DNA from: Patescibacteria group bacterium
GTDB taxonomy: Bacteria; Patescibacteriota; Patescibacteriia; UBA9934
Length of the DNA: 64,000 nucleotides
Direction: 5' to 3'
Assembly (NCBI GenBank): GCA_038064675.1
Contig: JBBTSM010000003.1
Location: forward strand, 38,663 to 102,662
Shown here: piece by piece, positions 31,460-40,947 of the stretch
Layout: each line of letters begins with the position of its first letter
How positions within the stretch are numbered: position 1 is the stretch's first letter
Notes under the pieces: model-generated
Databases searched by the model: none
What the model saw: the letters and a program-made list of their open reading frames with translations, nothing else
Told to the model about the DNA's origin: nothing
Program-made: the position numbers and the translations under genes

Positions 31460-32047
31460 CTATCCAGCGCCTGCATCACACGGAAGATCAACGCTCGCAA
31501 CCCCGACGGTCGCACAATCGTCACCAACCCAAAGGTGAAGCACGCCGTAGCAGCGCGACGCTCCGCGCGCGGACGGATAAACGTCGGGTCCGGACGTGGT
31601 TTCTTCCGCACGAATCATCGCCGCGGAAACTCGATCGAAGACGTCATCGGGCGCAAGGCGAATGAACGCTGCAAACGCCGGTGATGCAAGAACGGAGATG
31701 TCCGAGATGCCTGGCTGGAGGACGAGCGCGTCGATGTAGACGAGCTGACCGCTCTGATGCTCTCCGAGGTTGAGCACGTCAACGAAGCGAAGTGCATCAA
31801 CCATCCGACGGAACAGCGTAAGCGCATGTTGCGTCTGCGACCATTCTTCGGATTTAAGCGGATGAATGGGGATGCGCAGCGCCACGCAGTCGTTGCGTCG
31901 CTCGAGCCCGTTTTCGCCAATCACGATCGATCCACGCGTTTCTGCATCGATCAATACCCACGCACGAAGCGTCCACGTTGCAAGAATTTCGGAACCATCT
32001 GCACGCAACGACAGCGTCGTCACCCGCGGCGGATTCGGCTCCATCAT
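31460..32047 (-). CDS. Hypothetical protein
   Basis: GGAGGT RBS-like sequence upstream; ORF downstream of mnmA. Confidence 0.5.
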   Translation of the reverse strand: MMEPNPPRVTTLSLRADGSEILATWTLRAWVLIDAETRGSIVIGENGLERRNDCVALRIPIHPLKSEEWSQTQHALTLFRRMVDALRFVDVLNLGEHQSGQLVYIDALVLQPGISDISVLASPAFAAFIRLAPDDVFDRVSAAMIRAEETTSGPDVYPSARGASRCYGVLHLWVGDDCATVGVASVDLPCDAGAG

Positions 32048-32085
32048 GCACGGCTGAAAAAACATCTTTCACCTCCCAAAAAAGC

Positions 32086-33240
32086 TTAGCACGAAATCAC
32101 TCCACTCCCAATAAGCTCTTCTCCACGATAAAATGCAATGAATTGCCCAGGTGCGACGGCGCGTTGAGGAGAAGAAAAGTGAACAACAAATGCAACGGAG
32201 AGCGATGGGGTCAGGTCTTTACCTTTTACTTTTTCAATAACACATTCTGCCAATGGCTGCCGGTATCGGATCCTCGCCATGATCGGCTCACCGATCGCAT
32301 GGTCGATTGCGCCAGGAATGGTTTCGCTGATGTTCGTCGCGACAAGATCCGATCGGAACAGTGCCGGATCATCGGCTCCAACGGCAACAATCACTTCGTT
32401 TGTTTCCGGCCTGCGATCAACAACATATAGCGGCGTGCCTCCGCCGATTCCTAATCCCCCACGCTGGCCGATAGTGTAAAACTCGAATCCACGATGCTTG
32501 CCGAGGACTTTCCCCTCAGTCGTCACGATATTGCCGTCATGCGGCGTAATACGAGCCTCAAGAAACTGTTGCATGTCTACTTGACCAACGAAGCAAATGC
32601 CTTGGCTGTCTCTCTTTTGGGCAGTGGGCAAGTGGGCAAGCTGGGCAAGGCGCCGAACCTCGGCCTTCTGCAAGTCACCGATGGGAAAGAGTGATCGCTT
32701 CAACTGATCCTGATTCAGCTGACACAAGAAATAGGTTTGATCTTTATTTTCGTCGAGGCCGACGAGCAAGTGAGCAGAACCTTCCCCCTTACCCCCGCTC
32801 TCCTCGCCCGCCGCAGCTCGTCGAGCGCCTTCGTAAGGAGTGGGAGTGTCATCAACCCTTCGCGCGTAATGGCCAGTCGCAATGAAATCACAGCCGAGCT
32901 TATCGGCTTCCTTCAAAAACAAATCGAACTTCATGTACTTATTGCACAGCACGTCCGGATTCGGTGTTCGTCCGGCTTTGTATTCGTCAATCATGTATTC
33001 GTACACCTTCGATCGGTACTGCTCCTCAAAATCAAATGTATAAAATTTCAATCCCAACTGCCCAGCAACGCGCATTGCATCACGTCGCTCTCGTCGCCAC
33101 TCGCACTCCTCGCCGTCGTCGTTCGTGCTCCAGTTTTTCATGAAGCCACCAATCACCTCGTATCCTTGTTCCAACAACAACACCGCAGCAACGCTGCTGT
33201 CCACGCCGCCAGACATTCCAAGGAGAACGCGCTTCGCCAT
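32086..33240 (-). CDS. mnmA: tRNA 2-thiouridylase MnmA with two repeat-derived insertions
   Basis: GMSGGVDSS, TPNPDVLCN, ATGHY, KDQTYFL, DSQGICF, RYRQ, PGQ. Confidence 0.98.
   Translation of the reverse strand: MAKRVLLGMSGGVDSSVAAVLLLEQGYEVIGGFMKNWSTNDDGEECEWRRERRDAMRVAGQLGLKFYTFDFEEQYRSKVYEYMIDEYKAGRTPNPDVLCNKYMKFDLFLKEADKLGCDFIATGHYARRVDDTPTPYEGARRAAAGEESGGKGEGSAHLLVGLDENKDQTYFLCQLNQDQLKRSLFPIGDLQKAEVRRLAQLAHLPTAQKRDSQGICFVGQVDMQQFLEARITPHDGNIVTTEGKVLGKHRGFEFYTIGQRGGLGIGGGTPLYVVDRRPETNEVIVAVGADDPALFRSDLVATNISETIPGAIDHAIGEPIMARIRYRQPLAECVIEKVKGKDLTPSLSVAFVVHFSSPQRAVAPGQFIAFYRGEELIGSGVISC
32207..32233. repeat. Family F repeat in frame in mnmA
   Basis: GGGGTCAGGTCTTTACCTTTTACTTTT, the exact reverse complement of 33243-33269; encodes KVKGKDLTP. 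Confidence 0.9.
32780..32846. repeat. Family A repeat with a nested family E element, in frame in mnmA
   Basis: CCTTCGTAAGGAG core as in ligA, interrupted by 31 nt (32797-32827) matching the tRNA insert. Confidence 0.85.
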
Positions 33241-33242
33241 AC

Positions 33243-33269
33243 AAAAGTAAAAGGTAAAGACCTGACCCC
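33243..33269. repeat. Family F repeat 2 nt upstream of the mnmA ATG
   Basis: AAAAGTAAAAGGTAAAGACCTGACCCC. Confidence 0.9.
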
Positions 33270-33354
33270 GTTATTACGTCACGTTACGTCATTAGATATT
33301 CCAAGGAGAACTTTCTTTGGCATACAATGCGTCTATAGTGTACCGGAATGCCCA

Positions 33355-33442
33355 GATCCTGAGCGCATGCGAAGGATCCCGAGTGCGCCCAGATGGAACC
33401 TTCACGCATCTGACAGAGACCCTTCGCATACGCTCAGGGTCT
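33355..33442. repeat. 88-bp REP doublet (family C), copy 2
   Basis: First 24 nt identical to 21189-21212; spacer is recognisably homologous. Confidence 0.9.
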
Positions 33443-33454
33443 AACGACGCATGA

Positions 33455-34135
33455 TTAGCGCGCGAAAACCTCAAGCTCCGGCTCTGCGACCGCCGTAATC
33501 CGTTCCTTCGTTACCGGCTGATCAAAACTCAACGATCGCGCCATAAGTGCAAGTGCCGTTGATCCGTTCGGAAGTTGAATCGCCGCTTTTGCTCCGTACT
33601 TCATGTCGCCAACGATCGGCGATCCAATCGACTGCATTGCGACACGAATTTGATGCGACCGACCGGTCTTCGGCCTCACCTCGATGAGCACGCGACCATC
33701 GTCGAATTTCTGTATCGCCGACCATGCTGTTTCTGCGTACTGCGATCCTGAAACTTCGTGATCAAATGCCTTCGTCGTATTGTTCGTTTCGTCTTTGACT
33801 AGCCACTGCTTTACGATTCCCGAATCACCGACCGCGCGATCGGACGCTTCGACGACCGCCCAGTAGATCTTTTCAACAGCGTGCGTTCGGAACTGATCAC
33901 TCAATCGCGCCGATCCTTTGCTCGTCTTCCCAAACACCACAACTCCCCCAACCGGCCGATCAAGGCGGTGAATAAGGCCAAGAAACACATTCCCAGGCTT
34001 ATCGTCGCGTTGTTTCAAAAAATACCGCACCTCGTTAATAAGCGTGGAGTCCCCGGTTTCGTCCGCCTGCACCAACATGCCGTGCGGTTTTTGCACGGCA
34101 ATCACGTGATTGTCTTCGTAAAGGATTGGAACCAT
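33455..34135 (-). CDS. RluA family pseudouridine synthase
   Basis: ILYEDN, KPHG, HRLDRPVGG, TGRSHQIR, PIVGD.KYG. Confidence 0.95.
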   Translation of the reverse strand: MVPILYEDNHVIAVQKPHGMLVQADETGDSTLINEVRYFLKQRDDKPGNVFLGLIHRLDRPVGGVVVFGKTSKGSARLSDQFRTHAVEKIYWAVVEASDRAVGDSGIVKQWLVKDETNNTTKAFDHEVSGSQYAETAWSAIQKFDDGRVLIEVRPKTGRSHQIRVAMQSIGSPIVGDMKYGAKAAIQLPNGSTALALMARSLSFDQPVTKERITAVAEPELEVFAR

Positions 34136-34190
34136 AGATTGTAAAATGTCACTAAATAGTCTAGCATCCTCAGGTCACCAAGGAGAAATC

Positions 34191-34769
34191 GTGACCGACT
34201 TCGACCGGCGGAACGCCATCAACCCCCGTTTCGTTCCCTCGTACTGCGACAAATGTGGTGAATCTATTCGCCTCTAGAAAGAAGGCGACGACTGGAATCA
34301 ATTCACCTGCTCCCTGAATGCGAGCCATATGCGGTGGATCCAGTCGCCGTCGGTGGCGTACGCCGTGCTACTCGACGAGCTCGACCAGACGTACATCATG
34401 GAGCGCGCCATTCTGCCGGCTATCGGTGGCTGGTGCTTCTCTGGCGGGTACACGGACTATGGCGAAACCGCCGCGGAAACCATCGTCCACGAAACGTCCG
34501 GTAAAGCCTGCATTCGCATCGTTGGGAAGAAAGCGAAGTACCTCGGCCAGTGGTTCGAGCCCGGCCCCGGTGTGACGGTGATCGGGGTTCTCGTTCGCAT
34601 CAAGACTGCGGACGTCGACCCCTTCGTGCCGAACAAGGAAGCAACTGCTCGACGTGAGGTGAACCTCTGGGATCTGGAACCGGAGATTCTCGCCTTCAAT
34701 AGCAACCGGCTTGCGCTAGCCGCAGCTCGAGAGGTCGTTCGGAAGGAGCGTGCGTTCGAACATCCGTGA
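34191..34769 (+). pseudogene. Nudix hydrolase with N-terminal zinc ribbon, split by an in-frame TAG
   Basis: AAGGAG then GTG 34191 gives ...YCDKCGESIRL*KEG..., with TAG at 34275-34277 in frame with the 34329 ORF. The Nudix box is degenerate. Confidence 0.7.
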
Positions 34770-34898
34770 ATCATCACGCCACGCGACGCCGCCTCCCAGT
34801 ACGACCTGGTGGGCGGCGTTGGTCGTTTATATAAAATGGAACGTTAAAAAACAACGATGCGCTGCGTTGGGCGTTCCCCAACACAGCGCATCAGCTTG

Positions 34899-35255
34899 TC
34901 ACCCGTGAAGGAACTCGTCCGGAACGGCGTCCACGTCGTCGAGCATTTCGTCGAGCGTGACGACAGACGCGCCGATTACGCCGCAGATGTGGCTCACACA
35001 GAGGAACTCATTCCCAACGGTTGGCACGTGGTAGTACGTCAACATTCGATGCTCTTCCGGTTCTACCAGGCCTTCGATAGGGTCGAGCAACGCAGTGAAC
35101 GAACGCGTTCCCGGCGCGAGTACGACGGCGTAGTTGTACGATTCACCGCTCACGCGATGAATACACTCAGCGATTCTTTCCACGGCAGACAAGATGCCGT
35201 AGATATTCCCCACCGGAATCTTGATCTCGCGATCATGAATCATCACTGCCGACAT
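34899..35255 (-). CDS. Orphan hypothetical protein
   Basis: 118-aa ORF followed by a hairpin at 34856-34892. Confidence 0.55.
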   Translation of the reverse strand: MSAVMIHDREIKIPVGNIYGILSAVERIAECIHRVSGESYNYAVVLAPGTRSFTALLDPIEGLVEPEEHRMLTYYHVPTVGNEFLCVSHICGVIGASVVTLDEMLDDVDAVPDEFLHG

Positions 35256-35710
35256 TTCACACCCCGGTGATTTGCGAGCGCCCCAGCTTCCAACCGCTGC
35301 TCTTCACGAGCGTCGCACACCCAGCAGCGACAGTCGTCGCTCTCGAGGTCGCCCACGCCACAGGTCGTGCAGTGCACCACCCGCAACGTCCGTGCGTTTG
35401 CGACGAACTCCTCCATGGGCACCTCGCGCCCGTTCTGAAGAGCGATGAGCCCGACGGACCGCGCGGCGAGGTACACATCCAACATCGTGATGAACGGCGC
35501 GGCGCGCTCGTAGCGCAGGCCAGCGTCGAGATCGAGCCGACGTGCGACGAGCGGACCGACACCTGCCAGCACGAACTCATCGGCAAAGGTGAGCATGAGC
35601 AGACGGAGCCGGCCGATCTGCACCAGAGGGACGAGCCGCGAAGGGCCGTCAACCTCGGAAAAAATCAGTGAACCAGCAATATCAGGAACCACACCCAGAC
35701 CAATAAGCAT
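35243..35710 (-). CDS. Orphan hypothetical protein with C-terminal CxxC...CxxC
   Basis: HCTTCG...CRCWVC. The start may be internal (MLTFADE). Confidence 0.55.
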   Translation of the reverse strand: MLIGLGVVPDIAGSLIFSEVDGPSRLVPLVQIGRLRLLMLTFADEFVLAGVGPLVARRLDLDAGLRYERAAPFITMLDVYLAARSVGLIALQNGREVPMEEFVANARTLRVVHCTTCGVGDLESDDCRCWVCDAREEQRLEAGALANHRGVKCRQ

Positions 35711-35766
35711 CCCTTATCCTCCATCATGAAAGGGAACGAATAGTATACACGAAAATCGAAAAAGGG

Positions 35767-38424
35767 CTAGAGCGCGGCGGCTTTTTCTACAGAAATCGTC
35801 CCGCCTTTGTGATAAATGACCGTATCCCGACGGCCAACGTCGCCCTGCAAAATGCGCTCGGCAATGAGGTTCTCCACTTTATCCTGCAGCACGCGGCGCA
35901 ATGGACGCGCGCCAAACTTTGGGTCGTAACCTTGGACAGAAAGCTCGTGCACCGCGTCGTCATCAATCTGAAAGTTGAGCCCTTTTGCCTTCAGCCGTTC
36001 CTCGATCTTCGCAACCATAAGATACGTAATCGCCGCAACGTCGTCTTGCGTGAGCGGTGAGAACACGATCACATCGTCGAAACGATTGAGGAATTCTGGA
36101 CGATACACTTGGCGAAGTTGGTTCTCCATGAGCTCCGATTTCACCGCCGCGAGATTCGTCCCTTTCTGCACCTCGTCTTGAATGTACTGCGTTCCCGCGT
36201 TTGATGTGGCAATAAGAATGACGTTCGTGAAATCGATCATGCGACCAAGGCCGTCGGTTAAACGACCATCATCCATCACCTGCAAGAACAAGTTCAAAAT
36301 ATCGGGATGCGCTTTTTCCAGCTCGTCGAGAAGCAACAACGTGAACGGCGTTTTGCGAATCGCTTCTGTGAGCAGTCCAGCCTGGCCGTTGCTGCCGATC
36401 AGCCGCGCGACCGATGCTTGGTCTTGGTATTCGCTCATATCGAACCGCACCATAGCGTTCTCGCTACCGAAATACACTTCCGATGTTGTTTTCGCGAGCT
36501 CTGTCTTTCCCACACCCGTTGGCCCGAGGAATAGGAAATTCGCAATCGGTCTGCTGCCGGACCGAAGTTCGGTTCGTGCTCGGCGCAATGCTGACGACAC
36601 TGATGAGATCGCGGCTTCCTGACCAATAACCCGTTCATGCAGTCGCGATTCCAGTTGCAACAACTTCTGACTCTCGTCTTGCGAGATTGACGTCACTGGA
36701 ACCTTTGATTGTTCGGAAACGCGCGCAGCAATATCTTCCCGTGTTACCCAAACCAATCCTTGCGTTCGCGGCTTCTTTCCCACGTCGAGTGCAGCTTCAC
36801 GAGCGACGGACAACGCAGAGGTCGGCAACACAATGTCATGAAGGTATCGCGCAGCAAGATCAACGCACGCGGCGACGGCGTGATACGTAAATACAACGTT
36901 ATTCGTGTTCTCGATTCCTCCGATGTGGGATTCGAGAATGCGAATCGCGAGGTTGCGATCAGGTTCGTCAATCGCGATGCGCTGCAGTTTTGGTCCAAGG
37001 CTCGATCGCTCAAGCTTCTCCGTATATCCTCCCGGCGTTGCCGTCGCAATCACAAACGTGTAACCCTTCTCCAGTTCACCGGCGAGAATGGATGAGAGGT
37101 CAATCGATCCCCCAACGCCAACGAGCTCGTGAATATTTTCGATAACGAGAATAATGTTTCCACTCGCCGCAACTTCAAACAGCGCATACAGGAATCGTTC
37201 CTCCGCGCCGTTCCCGCCTTCAGCGCTCACGATGTGCGAAACGTTCATGCGGAGCAATCGCTTGTCCTTCAAGATATTCGGAACACGCTCCTCAACCATC
37301 AGTTGCGCAAGACCTTCAATCACCGCGCCTTTTCCAACGCCCGGGCTTCCGACGAGCACAACACTCTGGCTGCCGCCTTCAATCGATCGGAGCAATGCTT
37401 TCATCTCCATGTCGCGGTCCACACAGAACTCCGACCGGCCATACACGGCGTTCTTCGTGAGGTCGTCGGTAACATTATCAAGAAACGGCGTTGCAACCGC
37501 AGTGTATGCGCGGTCCATGTTGCCTGTTGGCTTGAATCCTGCCGCCTTACGGAAATCCTGATACCTCCGGCGCAATGCGTCTTGAATACGCAACCATGCA
37601 ATCGTATTCATCGTCGCATCACGATCCGCGCCCACCGCAAACATGACTTCTTGCAAAAATGGATCCGCGTCGTATGCCGCAGCAAAACACTCGAGCCCAG
37701 ACACGTGTTCGGATCCGAATGTTGCTGCGCTAAAAAATGCATCGCGAACAATACCGATCGCCGTATTTCCAAACGACGTCTCCCCCGTTGGAAGCGGAGC
37801 CATCTTGCGACGAAGCGGATCGATCACCGACGACAAGCTGATGCCGAGACGCGCAAAGAGCACGCGAACATCGCGATCTGCCGTGGATGCGGCGAAGATG
37901 TGCATCGCCATCACGTCCGCATGATTGGACTTCTTCGCAAGCGCGTATGCTTCCTCAAAAAGCGCAACGGAATCCGACGCCATCGCACAAAACATTCCCT
38001 GCTTCCGGCTTGCGGCGCCGAGCGATGGAATAGACGTCTTCTCTGGTACACCGTTTCGGGTTTTTGGAATGGTAACTGTCGCATCCGCAATCACTCGCGT
38101 TTTGTACCATGCGTAACACAAGGAAAGAACGCCGAGCCAGAATGCAAAAAGGTCTCCGTGCGGTGTAAGCCAGAAATCCGAATCAAGAACATCGGTTGCG
38201 TGAATGGTCACGACACCGATTACAAAGACAATAAACGAAACAAGAGCAGCACCAACTCCAATCCACCGAAACATCTTTGCAATACCGTGCATGCGTTTCC
38301 GATACGCAATCGCATCGGCGTTCATCACGCCGTCCCAATACCAAAATGTTCCGTCGATTAACACGCCAGGAATGCCCGACGTCTGCGCCTCACTTTCCTG
38401 GATAAGGGAGAGATCGAGGCTCAT
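35767..38424 (-). CDS. ClpA/B-family ATPase with N-terminal TM segments
   Basis: NBD2 GPTGVGKTE, FDMSEYQ, LLDELEKAH, RPEFLNRFD, GARPLRR. Start MSLDL. Confidence 0.92.
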   Translation of the reverse strand: MSLDLSLIQESEAQTSGIPGVLIDGTFWYWDGVMNADAIAYRKRMHGIAKMFRWIGVGAALVSFIVFVIGVVTIHATDVLDSDFWLTPHGDLFAFWLGVLSLCYAWYKTRVIADATVTIPKTRNGVPEKTSIPSLGAASRKQGMFCAMASDSVALFEEAYALAKKSNHADVMAMHIFAASTADRDVRVLFARLGISLSSVIDPLRRKMAPLPTGETSFGNTAIGIVRDAFFSAATFGSEHVSGLECFAAAYDADPFLQEVMFAVGADRDATMNTIAWLRIQDALRRRYQDFRKAAGFKPTGNMDRAYTAVATPFLDNVTDDLTKNAVYGRSEFCVDRDMEMKALLRSIEGGSQSVVLVGSPGVGKGAVIEGLAQLMVEERVPNILKDKRLLRMNVSHIVSAEGGNGAEERFLYALFEVAASGNIILVIENIHELVGVGGSIDLSSILAGELEKGYTFVIATATPGGYTEKLERSSLGPKLQRIAIDEPDRNLAIRILESHIGGIENTNNVVFTYHAVAACVDLAARYLHDIVLPTSALSVAREAALDVGKKPRTQGLVWVTREDIAARVSEQSKVPVTSISQDESQKLLQLESRLHERVIGQEAAISSVSSALRRARTELRSGSRPIANFLFLGPTGVGKTELAKTTSEVYFGSENAMVRFDMSEYQDQASVARLIGSNGQAGLLTEAIRKTPFTLLLLDELEKAHPDILNLFLQVMDDGRLTDGLGRMIDFTNVILIATSNAGTQYIQDEVQKGTNLAAVKSELMENQLRQVYRPEFLNRFDDVIVFSPLTQDDVAAITYLMVAKIEERLKAKGLNFQIDDDAVHELSVQGYDPKFGARPLRRVLQDKVENLIAERILQGDVGRRDTVIYHKGGTISVEKAAAL

Positions 38425-38798
38425 AGCGAAAGAATTGACGTTGCATGAAACAAGATGAATGCAACCGCGATTCCTGGGAGCGCGACATAAAACGCGAAAA
38501 TTCCGAGAACGATGGCTGCAACGATAATCGTCACGAATCCGCGGCCCACCACATTCACCAAGCGCATAAACACGCTGATGATTCTGCTTTGCCAGTCGTA
38601 CCGGCCAAACATCGGCACAAACATATTCCTTGCCCACGTCATCACCCCAATGCTTCGAACATACCCCTGCACAAATTCCATTGCGTATGTTGCGGCACGA
38701 AGCAATCCCTTTCCGTACCACCACGCAGGGAAACGCAAAATATCGCCGCCCAATTCCCAAAGTAATCCCGCTCCATTCCCTCCTTGTGCACCTTGCAT
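38421..38798 (-). CDS. Membrane protein coupled to the Clp ATPase
   Basis: FPAWWYGKG, NMFVPMFGRYDWQSRIIS; ATGA overlap with the Clp gene. Confidence 0.8.
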   Translation of the reverse strand: MQGAQGGNGAGLLWELGGDILRFPAWWYGKGLLRAATYAMEFVQGYVRSIGVMTWARNMFVPMFGRYDWQSRIISVFMRLVNVVGRGFVTIIVAAIVLGIFAFYVALPGIAVAFILFHATSILSL

Positions 38799-38824
38799 AT
38801 GGTGAGATTGTAACATGGCTTCGT

Positions 38825-38950
38825 TGAGCGAAATGAGCAATCAACGATTACGCCTTAAGCGAATTGAGCGAGTGAAATACGAATCCGGCTCAGACCATCG
38901 CTCAATTCGCTCGCGCATCGCGCTCGCTCAAGGGTAATCCCGATCGCTCA
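38825..38950. repeat. Family D (TCGCTCA) inverted cluster
   Basis: Multiple TGAGCGA/TCGCTCA units arranged as an inverted pair; related to 8619-8663 and 55926-55980. Confidence 0.8.
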
Positions 38951-38957
38951 TCGTCAC

Positions 38958-39329
38958 CTACTTCATCCCAATATACGCGCTTGCTTCTTTATCAAGAAGG
39001 AGAACAAGTGAAATAATCGGCAACAACGAAAGTGCTCCACCGCCGCAAACAATCTGCACAATCAGCGAAACAAACGCTGCTGTTGCCCAGTTTTCCTTGC
39101 GAACCTTGATGGCGTTCAGCACAATCCACGGTAAACCAATAGTTGCTGCGAGAGCGATGAGGAAAAGAACTGCTCCCAAGACCATAGCGGGAAGCGGCGG
39201 CATTTCCTGTGCCCCACCAAAGGCGAGAAAGAGAAAGAATGCCGCACCGATCGCTAAAAAGAACAGTGGAATCGCCATCTGAATAATCGTCAACGTCCGC
39301 ACGATACTAATGCGTTTTACGAGTGTCAT
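38958..39329 (-). CDS. Hypothetical membrane protein
   Basis: Three to four hydrophobic segments. Confidence 0.75.
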   Translation of the reverse strand: MTLVKRISIVRTLTIIQMAIPLFFLAIGAAFFLFLAFGGAQEMPPLPAMVLGAVLFLIALAATIGLPWIVLNAIKVRKENWATAAFVSLIVQIVCGGGALSLLPIISLVLLLDKEASAYIGMK

Positions 39330-39331
39330 AG

Positions 39332-39679
39332 TTAATCCTTCTTAAAGCTTACTTTAAAGACTGGAGCCCATTTCACGTTCATGTCGTCCACAATCTCCAC
39401 TGGGAGCTGTTGCACATACATGTTCAGCGCGATGTCTGCTAACAAAATTGTATCAGATTGAATATCCACCTTCAGTTCCTCGATCTTTCCGGTATCTGCA
39501 TCCCGTCCTCGAGCTTCATTCTCGATGCTCTTCTTTTCCGCCTTCAATGTTTCAATCTTCTCCAAAATCTCCATGTAATGCGCATTGTTCCGCAATTCGT
39601 CCTGGAACGATCGCACCATTTCCCGCTTTTCCTTCTTCTTCTTGGTGAGTCGAGAGTGAACTTCTTGGAGCTTTGGCAT
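39332..39679 (-). CDS. Hypothetical coiled-coil protein
   Basis: Charged helical body ending PVFKVSFKKD. Confidence 0.8.
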   Translation of the reverse strand: MPKLQEVHSRLTKKKKEKREMVRSFQDELRNNAHYMEILEKIETLKAEKKSIENEARGRDADTGKIEELKVDIQSDTILLADIALNMYVQQLPVEIVDDMNVKWAPVFKVSFKKD

Positions 39680-39722
39680 AAAAGGAATTTGGAGAATTCT
39701 AAGTGCGAATATCTTATCATGT

Positions 39723-40052
39723 TCACGGCTTCATCTCATCTGCGGTGTCGAGAATCATTCGCTTCGTGAATCCTCCGCGCTTTTCTGCACGTTCGTGTTT
39801 TGCCTTCAGCACGTCTTCGAAGGTGGATCCTTTCGACTGCGCCATGGCGTCGATGACTTCGAGAACGACGGCGAACTCAGTGAGCGATGGATTCGCAAGA
39901 GATTCGGCGACCTCTTCTGAAAGCTTTTCACGCAACAGTCGATCGTATTCTGCGTCGTCGGCAACATGCCACGTCGCCGATTCTCCGCGTCCAATGATAA
40001 TCTCAGGAATGTTATCGCGAACAAGTTTTCCAAACTGAAGTGTTTTTGTCAT
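39723..40052 (-). CDS. MazG-like nucleoside triphosphate pyrophosphohydrolase
   Basis: KLVRDNIPEII, KLSEEVAE, EFAVVLEVI, KRGGF. Confidence 0.85.
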   Translation of the reverse strand: MTKTLQFGKLVRDNIPEIIIGRGESATWHVADDAEYDRLLREKLSEEVAESLANPSLTEFAVVLEVIDAMAQSKGSTFEDVLKAKHERAEKRGGFTKRMILDTADEMKP

Positions 40053-40270
40053 AGACTTTCGATAAAACGGAAACGTGGAACCGACTCTCCGTTTACGACG
40101 ACGTTCTCCGCAAACATTGCTGCTGGCCGAACCCATAAACCGATCAATCCCGTATCGCCGTCAACATGCCTGTAAACTACATGCTCTTCCAACGTCTCCG
40201 AATGTCGGGCAACGCCAATCACCTCGCACCGTCCGCCCTTATAGTGGATGTAAATTCCTGGGATGATCAT
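40049..40270 (-). CDS. DUF1653 family protein
   Basis: GIYIHYKGG, ARHSETLE.VVY, LWVRP..MF, PRF. Confidence 0.9.
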   Translation of the reverse strand: MIIPGIYIHYKGGRCEVIGVARHSETLEEHVVYRHVDGDTGLIGLWVRPAAMFAENVVVNGESVPRFRFIESL

Positions 40271-40737
40271 ATCGTTCGATGAAATGCGTAAGATTGCTGA
40301 TTATATTCGCTGGTGGAATACAGTCGAATTCCAAAATCTTGCCAAAGCGCAAAATAGGAAATCCCAACATCGAGCGCCAATCGACTACACACCGTGCAAT
40401 ACGGTTCTCCGGATTGTAGTATTTCTCCTGCGGTATCGACTCTCGTAAAATATAACGTCGATCCTACAATCTCATTCGGATGTGTCCTAAGCGCGTCCAT
40501 AATGGATCGCCATTCGGCATGAATGCAGCACGTCTTGTCTGACTTTTTCTTTTTCATCCAATCATAGTCATCAATTTCACACGTTCGCTGATCTTCGCCA
40601 TTTCCCGCCGGCGAATTCCATCCTTCACCGATAACGAGGTCGTTGTTCACAATAACTGCCCCACACAAATCCTTCCCACACGTTGCGTGCGTTGCCACTT
40701 GTGCAGCAAGAGAAAAGTAGTGTTCATGATTGATCAT
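40267..40737 (-). CDS. Cytidine/deoxycytidylate deaminase family protein
   Basis: GAVIV, GWN, CIHAE, PYCTVC zinc motifs. Confidence 0.88.
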   Translation of the reverse strand: MINHEHYFSLAAQVATHATCGKDLCGAVIVNNDLVIGEGWNSPAGNGEDQRTCEIDDYDWMKKKKSDKTCCIHAEWRSIMDALRTHPNEIVGSTLYFTRVDTAGEILQSGEPYCTVCSRLALDVGISYFALWQDFGIRLYSTSEYNQQSYAFHRTI

Positions 40738-40947
40738 ATGTTATTCAGAAGCAATCCATTCAACGGAACCATGAATTCTACCGTCATCGCAGAAAAGATT
40801 CTCTAGTGTCGCGAGCGTCATTCGCTCGCCGCAAGCAACAGCAGAAATCGCCTCTGATTCGTTAAACGGCATAGTCGAGGCATCAAATCAGAATAATCAT
40901 CATCATGTTACCAAAAGACTGCCCTATTGGCAGTCTTTTATCCTCAC

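Noticed and set aside
32207-33269. Composite transposon carrying mnmA between inverted repeats
   Set aside because: One repeat lies inside the gene and no transposase or target duplication is seen; independent insertions are simpler.
34275-34277. Stop-codon reassignment
   Set aside because: TAG, TGA and TAA all terminate conserved genes in this window.
40741-40872. 43-aa minus-strand ORF (MPFNESEAISAV...)
   Set aside because: No RBS, motif or other support; may be a gene remnant.
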